Assembly (NCBI GenBank): GCA_963664405.1
Contig: OY761158.1
Coordinates: forward strand, 384,001 to 448,000
Reading direction: 5' to 3'
Length of the DNA stretch: 64,000 bases
From: Thermoanaerobaculia bacterium
Lineage (GTDB): Bacteria > Acidobacteriota > Thermoanaerobaculia > Multivoradales > Multivoraceae
Both the position numbers and the translations under genes were made by a program. Shown here in pieces: positions 19,462 through 29,312 of this stretch. The notes beneath the pieces were generated by a model. It saw nothing but the letters and a program-made list of their open reading frames with translations. It searched no databases and was not told where the DNA came from. The stretch's first letter is position 1. The number at the start of each line of letters is the position of its first letter.

Positions 19462-21015
19462 GAGTCTGCGCGGCAGAAACGGAGTGTTTAGTGAAGAGAT
19501 CGAAGACGGAGTAGAGTTGTGGCATGCCAACGTCATTTCGTCCGTATGCCCCGGATCAGCTGTATCTGTTAGCTCCGAGCCCTCGTGACTGGTTGCCGGA
19601 GGGTCACTTGGTGTACTTCATCTCCGAGACGGTGGAGGCGCTGGATCTGTCGTCGTTCTACGCTCGTTACGAGGGGGATGGTCGTCGGAATCAGCCGTTC
19701 GATCCTCGGATGATGGTGAAGGTTTTGCTGTATGCGTATGCGACGGGGACGTATTCGTCGCGTGGCATCGCGCGCAAGCTCGAGGAGGACGTGGCCTATC
19801 GTTTTCTGGCGGCGGGCAACTCTCCGGCGCATCGCACGATTTGTGAGTTTCGTCAGCTTCATTTGGCGGCCTTCCACGCACTGTTCGTGCAGGTGGTGCA
19901 GATCGCGCGTGAGGCCGGGGTGTTGCGTCTGGGGACGTTGGTGGTGGACGGTACGAAGGTCAAGGCCAACGCGAGCAAGCGCAAGTCGATGAGCTACGGT
20001 CGAATGCTGGAGGAGGAGAAGCGTCTGGAGGAGGAGATCGCCGCGCTGATGGCGCAGGCCGAGGCGGTGGATACGGCTGAGGATGCCGAGCATGGAGCGC
20101 AGCTGCGCGGCGATGAGCTGCCGGCCGAGCTGCAACGGCGCGAGCAGCGCTTGGCGAAGATCCAGGAGGCGAAGGCGCGCCTCGAGGCGCGCCAGGCCGA
20201 GAAGGACCGCGCGCGCGGCCGTACGGAGGATGACGACGACGATCCGCCTCGTCGCGGACGCCCCTTCGCGCGCGATTTCGGTGTTCCGGAGGACCGGGCC
20301 CAAGACAACTTCACCGATCCGCAGAGTCGGATCATGAAAACGGTCCATGGCTACGATCAGTGCTACAACGGCCAGTTGGCGGTGGAGGAAGAGTCGCAGA
20401 TGATCGTCTCGACGAGCCTGACGAACAACGCCGCGGACGTGGACCAGATGATGCCGTTGCTCTCCCGGGCGAAGGCGGCGCTGGGGGAGGATCCCGAGCA
20501 GGTCTTGGCGGACGCGGGGTATCGCAGCGAGGCGACATTCCTCGAACTCGAGGAGCGAAGCATTGACGCTCACATCTCCTTGGGTCGAGAGGGAAAGAAG
20601 TGGGAAGTGAGTACGCAGCTCGAAGCGTCTCACCGCATGCAGATCAAACTCGCCAGCGAGGCCGGCAAGCAACGCTACCGACGGCGCAAGGCGGTCGTGG
20701 AACCGGTGATCGGGTGGATCAAAGAGGTGCTGGGCTTCCGACGATTCAGCCTCCGGGGCCAAGACAATGTCGGCCACGAGTGGGATCTGGTGTGTCTGGC
20801 CGTCAACTTGAAGCGCTTCCACGTCCTCCAAGCGGCTTCATGAGCCGCTCCGGGCCATGCCACCGAGTTAGAGCTCACTATACGACCCGCATCGCGCTTC
20901 CTGACGCCTCGTCAGGCTTGCTCAACGCACTCTCCGCCATCCGAAACCCAATGCGGCGTCCATTCTGCAGCGCGATCGAAGCTTCACCGTACCCGCACTC
21001 CTGCCGCGCAGACTC
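19462..21015 (+). mobile_element. IS1182-family element
   Basis: Perfect 15-bp TIR GAGTCTGCGCGGCAG; CTAG duplication at 19458-19461 and 21016-21019. Confidence 0.93.
19524..20843 (+). CDS. IS1182 transposase
   Basis: LPEGHL, KVLLYAY, VDGTKVKANAS, NFTDPQSR, LADAGY, YRRRKAVVEP. Confidence 0.95.
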   Translation: MPTSFRPYAPDQLYLLAPSPRDWLPEGHLVYFISETVEALDLSSFYARYEGDGRRNQPFDPRMMVKVLLYAYATGTYSSRGIARKLEEDVAYRFLAAGNSPAHRTICEFRQLHLAAFHALFVQVVQIAREAGVLRLGTLVVDGTKVKANASKRKSMSYGRMLEEEKRLEEEIAALMAQAEAVDTAEDAEHGAQLRGDELPAELQRREQRLAKIQEAKARLEARQAEKDRARGRTEDDDDDPPRRGRPFARDFGVPEDRAQDNFTDPQSRIMKTVHGYDQCYNGQLAVEEESQMIVSTSLTNNAADVDQMMPLLSRAKAALGEDPEQVLADAGYRSEATFLELEERSIDAHISLGREGKKWEVSTQLEASHRMQIKLASEAGKQRYRRRKAVVEPVIGWIKEVLGFRRFSLRGQDNVGHEWDLVCLAVNLKRFHVLQAAS

Positions 21016-22129
21016 CTAGCCGCGCTTACCCTGTTTACTCTTGCGAACGCCCCAGAGACCACTTCCAGGCTCCGACGATATGGTTCAGCCGCGGCAATCC
21101 TCCTTGCGCTCGTCCTTCCCCGGGCGATCCTCTTCTCTGGGTGGGTACCGGTCACGGGGCCTGACAGCTTCTACCCGGACACCTCAGCGGTAAAGGTGGT
21201 GAAAGAGATGCTCTCCAAGCAGGACCCAGCCGGCTACCGAGTCTCTGGCGTAGGCGGGAGTCTGCTGCCTCAGTCAGCCGCATTCTTTAGTCTGGAGGAA
21301 ATCAGGGCCTACGATCCGATCACCTTCATGCCCTATGATCGATTCCTTGAGGCCGTCGGAGAGCATGGGCGACCTGGGTGGGTGAACATTCTTGACCCCA
21401 CGCTACCGGCCCTTGCCTTCCTCGGAGTGCGCTATATCTTCGACCAGCCGCAGCCTCCACGCCGGCTTCGCCGTCTCGAGCGTGAGCGCCGAGGCTTCGC
21501 CGACATCGTTTACCGCGGTCACGACGCCGTCGTCTGGGAAAGGCCAGACGCATTACCCAGGGTCTTCTTCCCGCATCGGCTGTTGATTGAGCCCGACACA
21601 AACGCTGCACTCCGGCAAGCAAGGCAACTGGAGGACTTCGCCGCCGTTGCCGTCGTGGATCGCCCGGCGGAGGCATCCTCAGCAGACTCAGGTGCCTCGG
21701 AGGCAGGCGCTCTGGTGAAACCACAGTCCGAAGACGCCGCTATAGAGAACCAGGGGGCAACCGTCGAGGATCTCACGGTCGGCCGCGGGTACCTCCATGC
21801 TCGGGTCTGGGCGCCGTCTCCAGCTATCTTGGCATCGAGTCAGCCCGCGATACCCGGCTGGGAGCTCAAGATCGACGGCCGCCGGAGCGGGCAACACCTG
21901 CGCAGGATCAACGGCGCCTTTCTCGGAGTCGCGATCCCCAGCGGCTCATCGGATGTTGTGCTCCACTACGCGCCGCGGTCTTGGCACCTCGGCCTCACTC
22001 TGGCCCTAACCGGCGGGCTCTGCTGCGCTTTTCTCTGGCGATCTCCCTCTCGGGTTCGGTCCCGAGCTGCTCTTTCCGGGGCGCGTCTTCATTAGCCCAA
22101 TGGAAAGAAGTCTAGGCGTGGGGGCAGGG

Positions 22130-22416
22130 AGAAGGACAAGCGCTGGCCGGGCTACCAGTGGTGGCCGAAGATCATTTCCTTCTTGGGCTACGATCCGATT
22201 CCAACCTCAGAGGACATGCCGAGCCGATTGAAGACGGTTCGAAGAAGGCTCGGTATCTCGCAGAAGAAGCTCGCGAGCATCCTCGACGTTGATCCCGCGA
22301 CGATGAGGAGGTGGGAGCTTGGAAAAGGAGCACCGATGGAGTGGCGAGGTGACGAGCTACGGGTTCTATTCGAGCGAGCCGAACTCACACTCCCCAGGAA
22401 ACGAGAGTCGCAATGA
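22130..22416 (+). pseudogene. XRE/Cro HTH protein, 5'-truncated (copy 2)
   Basis: Direct repeat of about 11945-12130; WWPKIISFLGYDP..LGISQKKLASILDVDPATMRRWELG. Confidence 0.65.
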
Positions 22417-22514
22417 TCCCAACAAGTGGGTGAAGGATTCGAGTACCCGCCGTAGGAGCCTGCTTCCTAGGCGGCTGTGTCGGCATCTCGGTCTCCTTCA
22501 GAAGAACGTAGCTA

Positions 22515-24226
22515 GTTCTCGTCCGGAATCGTGTAAGTTGTTTTGCGTCAGTGGCTTGCGAGGGAGGCAGGGCTGGTAATTCTCCGCGGAGCTTGATAGA
22601 GTCTAGGTGACGAAACCGTTGATTCTAAATAGCTTACGCCGAGAAGGAGCCAGCCCGAGATGCGACAAGCCGTCAGTATTCAGCCTGATCTCACCGAAAA
22701 GTGGCTCGATCTGGACCATGCCAAAGAACTCGAAGCGATCTCTCGCCTCCTCGACAGGGATCCTAGAATCTACGAGCTTGCGTGGCAAGACCTGCAGCTA
22801 CAGGCTGGAGGCAAAGGCCAGAGCACCGGGGCGCGAGGCATGTCGGGCGAGCAGGTGGTCCGGGCCCTGATCGTGAAGCAGATGGGCGGTTTCAGTTATT
22901 CGGAGCTCGCCTTCCACCTTGAGGATTCCCGTAGCTACCGGACCTTCTGCCGCCTCGGCCTCGTCGGGTGGACGCCGAAGAAGTCGACGCTGGCCCAGAA
23001 CATCAAGGCACTGACGTGCGCCACCCTGGAGGCGATTCACAAGCGAATCGTGGCCCTGGCACTCGACACGGGAGTGGAGCGAGGCAACAGAGTCCGGGTG
23101 GACGCCACCGTGGTGGAGTCCAACATCCATCATCCGACCGACTCCGAGCTGCTCTGGGATTGCGTTCGGGTGCTTACCCGATTGCTCGCAAGGGCGCGAG
23201 GCCTGCTGGGCAGCGAGCACTTCTCGTTCCGCGACCGATCGCGGCAAGCCAAGAGGCGGCGCAAGAAGATCAACGACTCGCGCACCAAGGATATGCGGCT
23301 CCAGCCCTACCGCGACCTGATCCAGATCACCGAGAAAGTCCAAGATTCAGCCAAGGCGGCCCGGAATGTGCTCGCCAAGCAGGGGCCTTCCCAGGAATCC
23401 GGCGCCCGTGGACTCCTCGAGGAGCTCGACTGTTTCCTCGAGCGCACCGCCACGGTCATCGACCCGACACGCCGTAGAATTCTCGACGGCGAAACGGTCC
23501 CCGCGAGCGAGAAGATCGTCTCGATCTTCGAGGAGCACACCGCGATCATTCGCAAAGACGCCAGAGAAACGCTCTACGGCCACAAGGTCTGCCTCACCGC
23601 CGGCTCCTCGTCCCTTGTCCTGGATCTCGTGATCCTCCAGGGAAACCCGCCCGACTCCAGCCTCGCCACGACCATGGTCCAGCGCCACATCGCCAACCAT
23701 AGCCAACCCCCGCGCCAGATCGCCTTCGACGGCGGGTTCGCCTCCAAAGCCAATCTCGAAGAGATCAAGCAGATGGGAGTGCACGATGTCGTCTTCAGCA
23801 AGGGCCGGGGCCTTCAGGTCAGTGACATGGCCCAGAGCTCCTGGGTCTACAAGCGGCTGCGCGACTTTCGCGCCGGTATCGAAGGCATCATCTCCTTTCT
23901 CAAACGCGCCTTTGGACTCAAGCGATGCACTTGGAGATCCTGGCCTTCCTTCCAGAGCTACGCTTGGGCGAGTGTGATCACCAGCAACCTCCTCGTCACC
24001 GCAAGGCACCTCATCAACTGAAATAGGGCATCGCACACCGTTCGATTCACCCCCAGCACTGCTGGAGAAACGGAGCACCAACCCCGCAATACGCCGTCAA
24101 AGCAGCCGAGCCTTCCTGATCCAGCGAACCAGGTACAGAAAACCTGGAATCGCACGCAACAGGCCTCGAAAAAAAGCTCGATGAGACCCGGACACCACTC
24201 TATTTCGTCCGTTTCCGGACGCGATC
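22515..24226 (+). mobile_element. ISNCY/IS5-like element
   Basis: Imperfect TIR GTTCTCGTCCGGAATCG versus GATCGCGTCCGGAAACG; flanked by TAGCTA (22509-22514; the right copy is restored once the IS110 is removed); exact ends ambiguous by 1-2 nt. Confidence 0.8.
22660..24021 (+). CDS. ISNCY-type DDE transposase
   Basis: RVDATVVESNIHHPTDS, EKIVSIFEEH, FDGGF, FRAGIEGIISFLKR. Confidence 0.9.
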   Translation: MRQAVSIQPDLTEKWLDLDHAKELEAISRLLDRDPRIYELAWQDLQLQAGGKGQSTGARGMSGEQVVRALIVKQMGGFSYSELAFHLEDSRSYRTFCRLGLVGWTPKKSTLAQNIKALTCATLEAIHKRIVALALDTGVERGNRVRVDATVVESNIHHPTDSELLWDCVRVLTRLLARARGLLGSEHFSFRDRSRQAKRRRKKINDSRTKDMRLQPYRDLIQITEKVQDSAKAARNVLAKQGPSQESGARGLLEELDCFLERTATVIDPTRRRILDGETVPASEKIVSIFEEHTAIIRKDARETLYGHKVCLTAGSSSLVLDLVILQGNPPDSSLATTMVQRHIANHSQPPRQIAFDGGFASKANLEEIKQMGVHDVVFSKGRGLQVSDMAQSSWVYKRLRDFRAGIEGIISFLKRAFGLKRCTWRSWPSFQSYAWASVITSNLLVTARHLIN

Positions 24227-24228
24227 TC

Positions 24229-25635
24229 CTAAGTAACTTCCTCTGTCTGTAGCGAGCCGCGATCGAGCGGCAGAAGGGAGAAGCCGAGACGTTTAGCGTT
24301 GCGTTTGAGGTTCTTGAGGACACGTTTTCGATACTCGGTCTCGTAGTAGTCCTGTGACTTCGCAGCGTACTCGGTTCCGTATCGGAGCATCGAGTAGATG
24401 ATGCGTGCGAGCTTGTGAGCGGTTGCGGTGATGGCCTCCGGTCTTCCGATCTGACCCTTCTTGCGACGGAGAAAGGCGCCGAGAGAGCTGTGCGAGTTAT
24501 GCAGGCCATTCGCGGCGAATCGCAGGGCGGAGGCAGCCCGATTCGCCGAGGCTTTCGAGCGACTACTCAGCTGCTTGCCGCCGGTGATCTTGCTCCCGGG
24601 ACAGAGCCCGAGCCACGACGCGAAATGCTTCGAGTTGGGCCATCGAGTCATGTCGAGTCCGATCTCACCGATGACTTTCAGTGCCGTGTGCGCCTGAATT
24701 CCCTCGATCGCTGTGAGGTCGACCCCTGTCATGCGGAACAGATGAGAGCGCGCATCGAAGCCCAACCCGGTCCGGGTCTGCTTCTCCTTGGCCTTCTTCG
24801 GTGGGGTTTGTCCGCCCGATTGGTCTTCGAAACCTTCGAGGTAGGTCTCGATCTTCTGGTCGCACTCGCCGACTTTCTGGTGGTAGATATCGAAAAGCTC
24901 CACCGCCTGCCGGAGCTCGAAGAGATGTTCTTCACGCCAATGACCTTCCAGCGCCTTGGCGATCGTCGCCTCGCTGTTCTTGCATCGACCATCTCGCATC
25001 TGGGCCAATCGTTTTGGATCCTGCTCACCCTCGAGAATCGCTCGGATGATCCGCATCCCGGTCGCCCCCGTGATGTCGCTGACCACATGCTGGAGTTTGA
25101 TGTTCATCTGGGTCATCGCCTTTTGCATGTGTTGAATATGCTGGCCTGCGTACGAGACCAGCATCGCGCGCTGTCGCAGGTAGCTGCGCAGAACACAGAT
25201 TTGATCGTCCGGCCGAAACGCTCCCCCCAACAGCCCAAAGGTGTGCAGCTGCTGAAGCCATTGGCAATCCAGCACGTCGCTCTTGCGACCAGGAACCTGG
25301 CGAAGACGATGAGGGTCGACCAACTTCACCTCGAAACCCCGCTCCTCGAGCACCTCCATCAATGGAATCCAGTACACACCCGTCGACTCCATCACCACCG
25401 TGTCGATCCCACACGCCAGAAGATGCTCGGCCAGCGAGTACAGATCCGCCGTGAACGCTCCGAACTTCCGAACCGGCTGCGAATCCCGGTCTTCGGGCAC
25501 CGCCACCCAATGCTCCGTCGCTCCGATATCGATCCCGGCAGCATTCAGGTTGACCTGCTCAAGGCTTGCCGGCAGCTGGGATCGACGGCGCTTCGAATCA
25601 CCCGCCGACCGACGACGCTCTTTCTTCCGAGACAT
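24229..25635 (-). CDS. IS110 DEDD recombinase/transposase
   Basis: GIDIG, MESTGVYW, KSDVLDC (DEDD); FASWLGLCP, ATAHKLARIIY; GAGGAGG RBS. Confidence 0.95.
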   Translation of the reverse strand: MSRKKERRRSAGDSKRRRSQLPASLEQVNLNAAGIDIGATEHWVAVPEDRDSQPVRKFGAFTADLYSLAEHLLACGIDTVVMESTGVYWIPLMEVLEERGFEVKLVDPHRLRQVPGRKSDVLDCQWLQQLHTFGLLGGAFRPDDQICVLRSYLRQRAMLVSYAGQHIQHMQKAMTQMNIKLQHVVSDITGATGMRIIRAILEGEQDPKRLAQMRDGRCKNSEATIAKALEGHWREEHLFELRQAVELFDIYHQKVGECDQKIETYLEGFEDQSGGQTPPKKAKEKQTRTGLGFDARSHLFRMTGVDLTAIEGIQAHTALKVIGEIGLDMTRWPNSKHFASWLGLCPGSKITGGKQLSSRSKASANRAASALRFAANGLHNSHSSLGAFLRRKKGQIGRPEAITATAHKLARIIYSMLRYGTEYAAKSQDYYETEYRKRVLKNLKRNAKRLGFSLLPLDRGSLQTEEVT

Positions 25636-25877
25636 ACATCCTCCTCTTGTGCGCAAACCGCACAGGAGTGGGAGCCGCACACTCTGGCACTCTCCTAAAC
25701 GGGATCACGATCTCTCGTGTCGCCACTGTCTTCTACGCAACGCTCCCAGGACCACGCTAGCTAACGGGCACGAAGCACCAATGCTCTTCCGGCCTTCTTC
25801 TCCCCGTGCGGTGCCAACAGAGTATCCTGACTGCGCACCGTTACTTCCCGTCTCCAAGTCGTCCCGACGTACCTACG
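25636..25877 (-). ncRNA. Putative IS110 bridge RNA region
   Basis: 242-nt non-coding end with two similar modules, CCCGT-TAGCTAG-CGTG and CCCGT-TTAGGAG-AGTG, whose 7-mers match the target and donor junctions. Confidence 0.7.
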
Positions 25878-25936
25878 CTAGCTAGGCTCATCATCTTGCT
25901 CAACTTCTGGCGGCTCTGAATCTTGAGACGACAACG

Positions 25937-26161
25937 GTGCTGGTCTTCGGCGAGGACGGAGAGACGCCTGCCGAGCGCTACTGGGGATTGGGCCACCGAG
26001 GCCGGGTCTTCGACGAGCAGATTCGCGTTTCCCTTGTTTCCTACGTACCAGGGAGCGACCCACGAGTCGTGGACGAGTTCGTCGAAACCGTGGATCTTCT
26101 TCCTACGTTACGTGCCGCGGTCGGGGTTCCGCCATCAGATCTCCACTGCAGGGCCGGATGA
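25937..26161 (+). pseudogene. Sulfatase-like C-terminal fragment
   Basis: GHRGRVFDEQIRVSL..VETVDLLPTL. Confidence 0.55.
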
Positions 26162-26260
26162 TGGCGCGGCTCCCGGGCCATCAGGTCTTCGCCTACGCTG
26201 GACCGGTGGACGTGCGCAAGGGGTACGACAGCCTGGCGGCCCTGGTGGAGCAGGGTCTCG
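26158..26260 (+). pseudogene. IS66 TnpB accessory protein fragment
   Basis: VFAYAGPVDVRKGYDSLAALV resembles the IS66 orf2 DMRKGFDGL motif. Confidence 0.7.
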
Positions 26261-26290
26261 ATTCGGGACGTCTTGTCCGGAGAATCTCGA

Positions 26291-26407
26291 CTCGACCCTC
26301 CGTACCTCCGCTACATCCAGCTCCGCCACCGCTCCCTTCTCGACGAGAACGAAGCCAAAAGCGCGACTACACAGCCGGAATCGCGCGCTTTATGACCGTC
26401 GACAACA
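26291..26407 (+). mobile_element. Remnant right end of a related four-gene IS21 (ORF4 tail + terminus)
   Basis: Encodes LDPPYLRYIQLRHRSLLDENEAKSATTQPESRAL* and ends CCGTCGACAACA; diverged inverted match to about 13089-13205. Confidence 0.85.
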
Positions 26408-26412
26408 AATGG

Positions 26413-27955
26413 TTACGAGGATCCGGCATCGACAGCGAGGACCCGGCTCAGAAACTTAGCGATTTCTTCCGCGGCCAGCGCGTTGCCCGCGATATTCCAA
26501 TGCGTGTCTTGAGGTTTAAACAGCCTGGCGTCGTTCCGCCGCATGATGGGCAGGAGATCGTGATGTGCTATTCCGAGTGCCGCCAGGGCCTCGGTGAGCT
26601 TCACGTTGGGAAGGTCAAAGTCGACGTTCTCGTCGTGGTAGACCGGAAAGCGGTCGGCCAAGCGGCGCCGAAGGTCCGGGTCAACCTGGGTCTCCTCAGG
26701 AATCAACACAATAGACAGGCTAATGCCACGGCTGGAACACAGGTCGCGAATCTGGCGCATCAATTCTTCCACGATCGGAAGAACCCTCGGCAGGGTCCCA
26801 TCTTGTTTTTGAAAAATTCGGTCCCGACGCGCGAGGATTTCGAGGTGGCGGTCGGGCCCGATCGACGGCCGCTCGTCGTCATAGTGGGGCGCATTTCTGA
26901 GTTCCCGCGGATCGAAGTGCGGCGCTATGCGAGCGATGAGAGTGAGCACGATAATCGATGGGAATGTTGGCCATTCTGAGCACGGTAGGTGAGGGAAGGG
27001 TGTTTGGTCCCTCAAGTAGTGTGCTCAAGACTAGGTCCGTCGGCATCATCCCCGCCGAAGGCGGGCCGTCGGGGCCTGACGCGCAGTCCATACTTGTTCT
27101 TTCGCTGATCACGCTGAACGAGGGCTGACACGCAGCGATGGGATGAACGGCACGCTATCTGATGGGCGATCGAGGCGGTTCGCCGAGCTTCCATCGCGCT
27201 TGGGCCCCTGGTTGCGCCCTCAGATACCTTGAACGGAACACCCATTCCCACCAGACAACGTGATCGGGTTTCCTCGAATCGCCATCAAATACTGTGAACA
27301 AGACCGTCTGAGGCAAGTGGCAGCGAAACGCAGCTTCGGCTAAGTCCTTCAAAAGGCTACGCGACCATCACTTATCGTGATCGGACCGCCATCGATTATC
27401 GTGCTCACTCTCAGCGAGATAGACGATCAATGTTGCAACGAAAGAGTGCTCCCACCATTCTTGGTCAGCAAGCCACGGGCGCTCGACTTCGATGAAGTCA
27501 TTGCCGATGAAGAACGAGAGCAAGACGTGGTCAGGGTCGAGCTGCAGTCCCTCCCTCGCCAGTAGACTTAGGTACTCGTTGGGTCCTATACGGGGAATCC
27601 CCATGTTGATCACTTCGACGCCTCGCCCCAAACGCCGTTCAAGCGTACCCTCCAGCAGGGTTAGGTAGTTGTGCGCGTAAGGCACCACGCCGGTCGCGAA
27701 TGAATCTCCTAGAGCGACAATGCGGTAGTCCCTCTTGGGGCTCTCGGGCTCGAGATCGTGAAAACCGAGTGAGTTGACGCGAAAGCCGTAGAACACCGTG
27801 TCAGGTGAGAGTCTGAAGCGATGGTCATCATCAGAGAAAAAGACAAAGCTGGGTCTTCGCCAATGAACGATTCTAAGAGCCAGCTCCGAGACACCCAAGC
27901 TCAAAGCCAACATGGCCAGCACTTTGGTCAGTGTAGCTAGTCGCCCAAGTGCCAT
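26413..27955 (-). pseudogene. SGNH/GDSL hydrolase-like membrane-anchored protein, interrupted
   Basis: NSLGF, ALGDSF, INMG, GNDF, DTHWN motifs; the halves join as VYL-ARIAPH after removing 26937-27413 and one GCGA. Confidence 0.85.
26937..27413. mobile_element. 477-bp non-autonomous IS21-like element
   Basis: Perfect 25-bp TIR TGAGAGTGAGCACGATAATCGATGG; GCGA duplication at 26933-26936 and 27414-27417; no transposase. Confidence 0.88.
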
Positions 27956-28376
27956 TTCGCTCGTTCGTGACTCATCTGTATTTCAAGTCCCGGAGAGACA
28001 ACCGTCAACTGGAGCTCATCCGGCTGCGGAGAACGAATGTCCTAACTCCCAGCCAAGGCCCTGCAGTAGCGCTTAGCACGTAGCCTATCGCGTGGCAGAG
28101 TCTCTCTACACCCCCGGCAGCCTTCGGCTGCCACAGGTACCACCCACTTCGAAGAACCCGAAGGAACCTCGCGAAAAGCAAACCCATGTCGGGCACCTAA
28201 GAAGAGACGAAAGGCCCGAAAAGGGACAAGTCGCCGGCTCTCGTGTTGGTAAGACGAGTTGCAAGCGTCTCTGGGCACTCGAGACCTGATCACGGAGCGC
28301 ACTTTCCCTGGCGGCACACCCCCGACGTTGGAGGAGGGTAACCATTTGTCCTCGATCTGCGGTGAGGCCGGCGCGC

Positions 28377-29312
28377 CTAAGGCCCCGCCCGAGCCTCGGG
28401 CACGTACGGCAATCCCGGAGGGAAGAAGCCGGGCGGGAAGACCGCATCAAGGACTCCGTACTTAAGCAGCTCGGCGGCCTCACGGTAGGCATTGACGAAC
28501 TCCCGATACAGCTCTCGGAGCTTCTCATGGTGCTCTCTCGAGACTGCGTGAAAAGCCGGTGCGGGTGAGTTGCTCGATGTCTCCGGTCGCGAGTGCGGAT
28601 CCTGCCGCAGGATCTTCTTCCTCCCCAGCGGCGGCTTCCCCGTCTCGTCTCTCCGCCGGCGAGCAACCGCGCTGATGTCGCGCAGCAGATCCACCATGAG
28701 CTCGATTCTCCGCCGATGGGGCCAATCCACCAGACAGGGGACGGGACTCAGAATCACCGTCTCCTCGGACAGAAAGTCCTCTGGATTCAGGTCCTTACCT
28801 CCGCGGCCAGCGTTGTACTCCCCGGTCTGATTGCGCCACACCCCGCCTCCCATCTCGGCGTAGCCTCGGCTCAGCGCACCCACCGACTGGACCCCGGGCC
28901 AATCCGCCGAGTCACGGACCAGACCTTCTTTCACTCCTTGGGAGAAGAGGTACCTCAGGCGTCCGATCTGAGCCTCCGGCTCGTCGGAGACGATGATGTG
29001 ACTGTAGGGTCGATGCCAGAACTTTCCCGACCAGCCGTGGAGCGTACCGACCTTGCGAGCGATCAGGCCGTTCACGTACTCCATGAAGTCGCTCAACTGC
29101 TTGGTGCTCTCAGGGACAACGAGCATGTGGTAGTGATTAGAGAGAACGGCGAGGCCACAAATCTTCATCCCCGTGCGCTTCTGAGCACGAGCGATCACGC
29201 CGAGAATGATCCGATTCACCTCCGGCGATGGACGGAGTAGGAAGCGCTCCTGCTGCGTTCGTGTTGTGACCTCAACAAGGCGATTGGCTACCAGTCCTCT
29301 GCGTTTTCGCAC
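28377..29312 (-). CDS. HUH Y1 tyrosine transposase (RAYT-like) with C-terminal extension
   Basis: VTTRT, SNHYH (HUH), FWHRPY, LRYLFSQGVKEGLV, DWPG; start codon uncertain. Confidence 0.82.
   Translation of the reverse strand: MRKRRGLVANRLVEVTTRTQQERFLLRPSPEVNRIILGVIARAQKRTGMKICGLAVLSNHYHMLVVPESTKQLSDFMEYVNGLIARKVGTLHGWSGKFWHRPYSHIIVSDEPEAQIGRLRYLFSQGVKEGLVRDSADWPGVQSVGALSRGYAEMGGGVWRNQTGEYNAGRGGKDLNPEDFLSEETVILSPVPCLVDWPHRRRIELMVDLLRDISAVARRRRDETGKPPLGRKKILRQDPHSRPETSSNSPAPAFHAVSREHHEKLRELYREFVNAYREAAELLKYGVLDAVFPPGFFPPGLPYVPEARAGP

Larger units (their letters stand above)
17916..22095 (+). pseudogene. YfhO-family membrane glycosyltransferase interrupted by IS1182
   Basis: Multi-TM N-part (LFNP..GGGAALLGNAQ, GHPET) and YfhO-like C-part (DALPRVF, PGWE, NGAFLGV..P.G..VVLHYAP) join in frame once 19462-21015 and one CTAG are removed. 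Confidence 0.85.
24228..25877 (-). mobile_element. IS110-family element (bridge recombinase type)
   Basis: No TIRs; flanked by a repeated 2-nt core CT (24226-24227, 25878-25879); removal restores the ISNCY right end and its flank. Confidence 0.85.

Noticed and set aside
26158-26260. RNA-guided TnpB nuclease
   Set aside because: This is the unrelated IS66 accessory TnpB, and only about 34 codons remain
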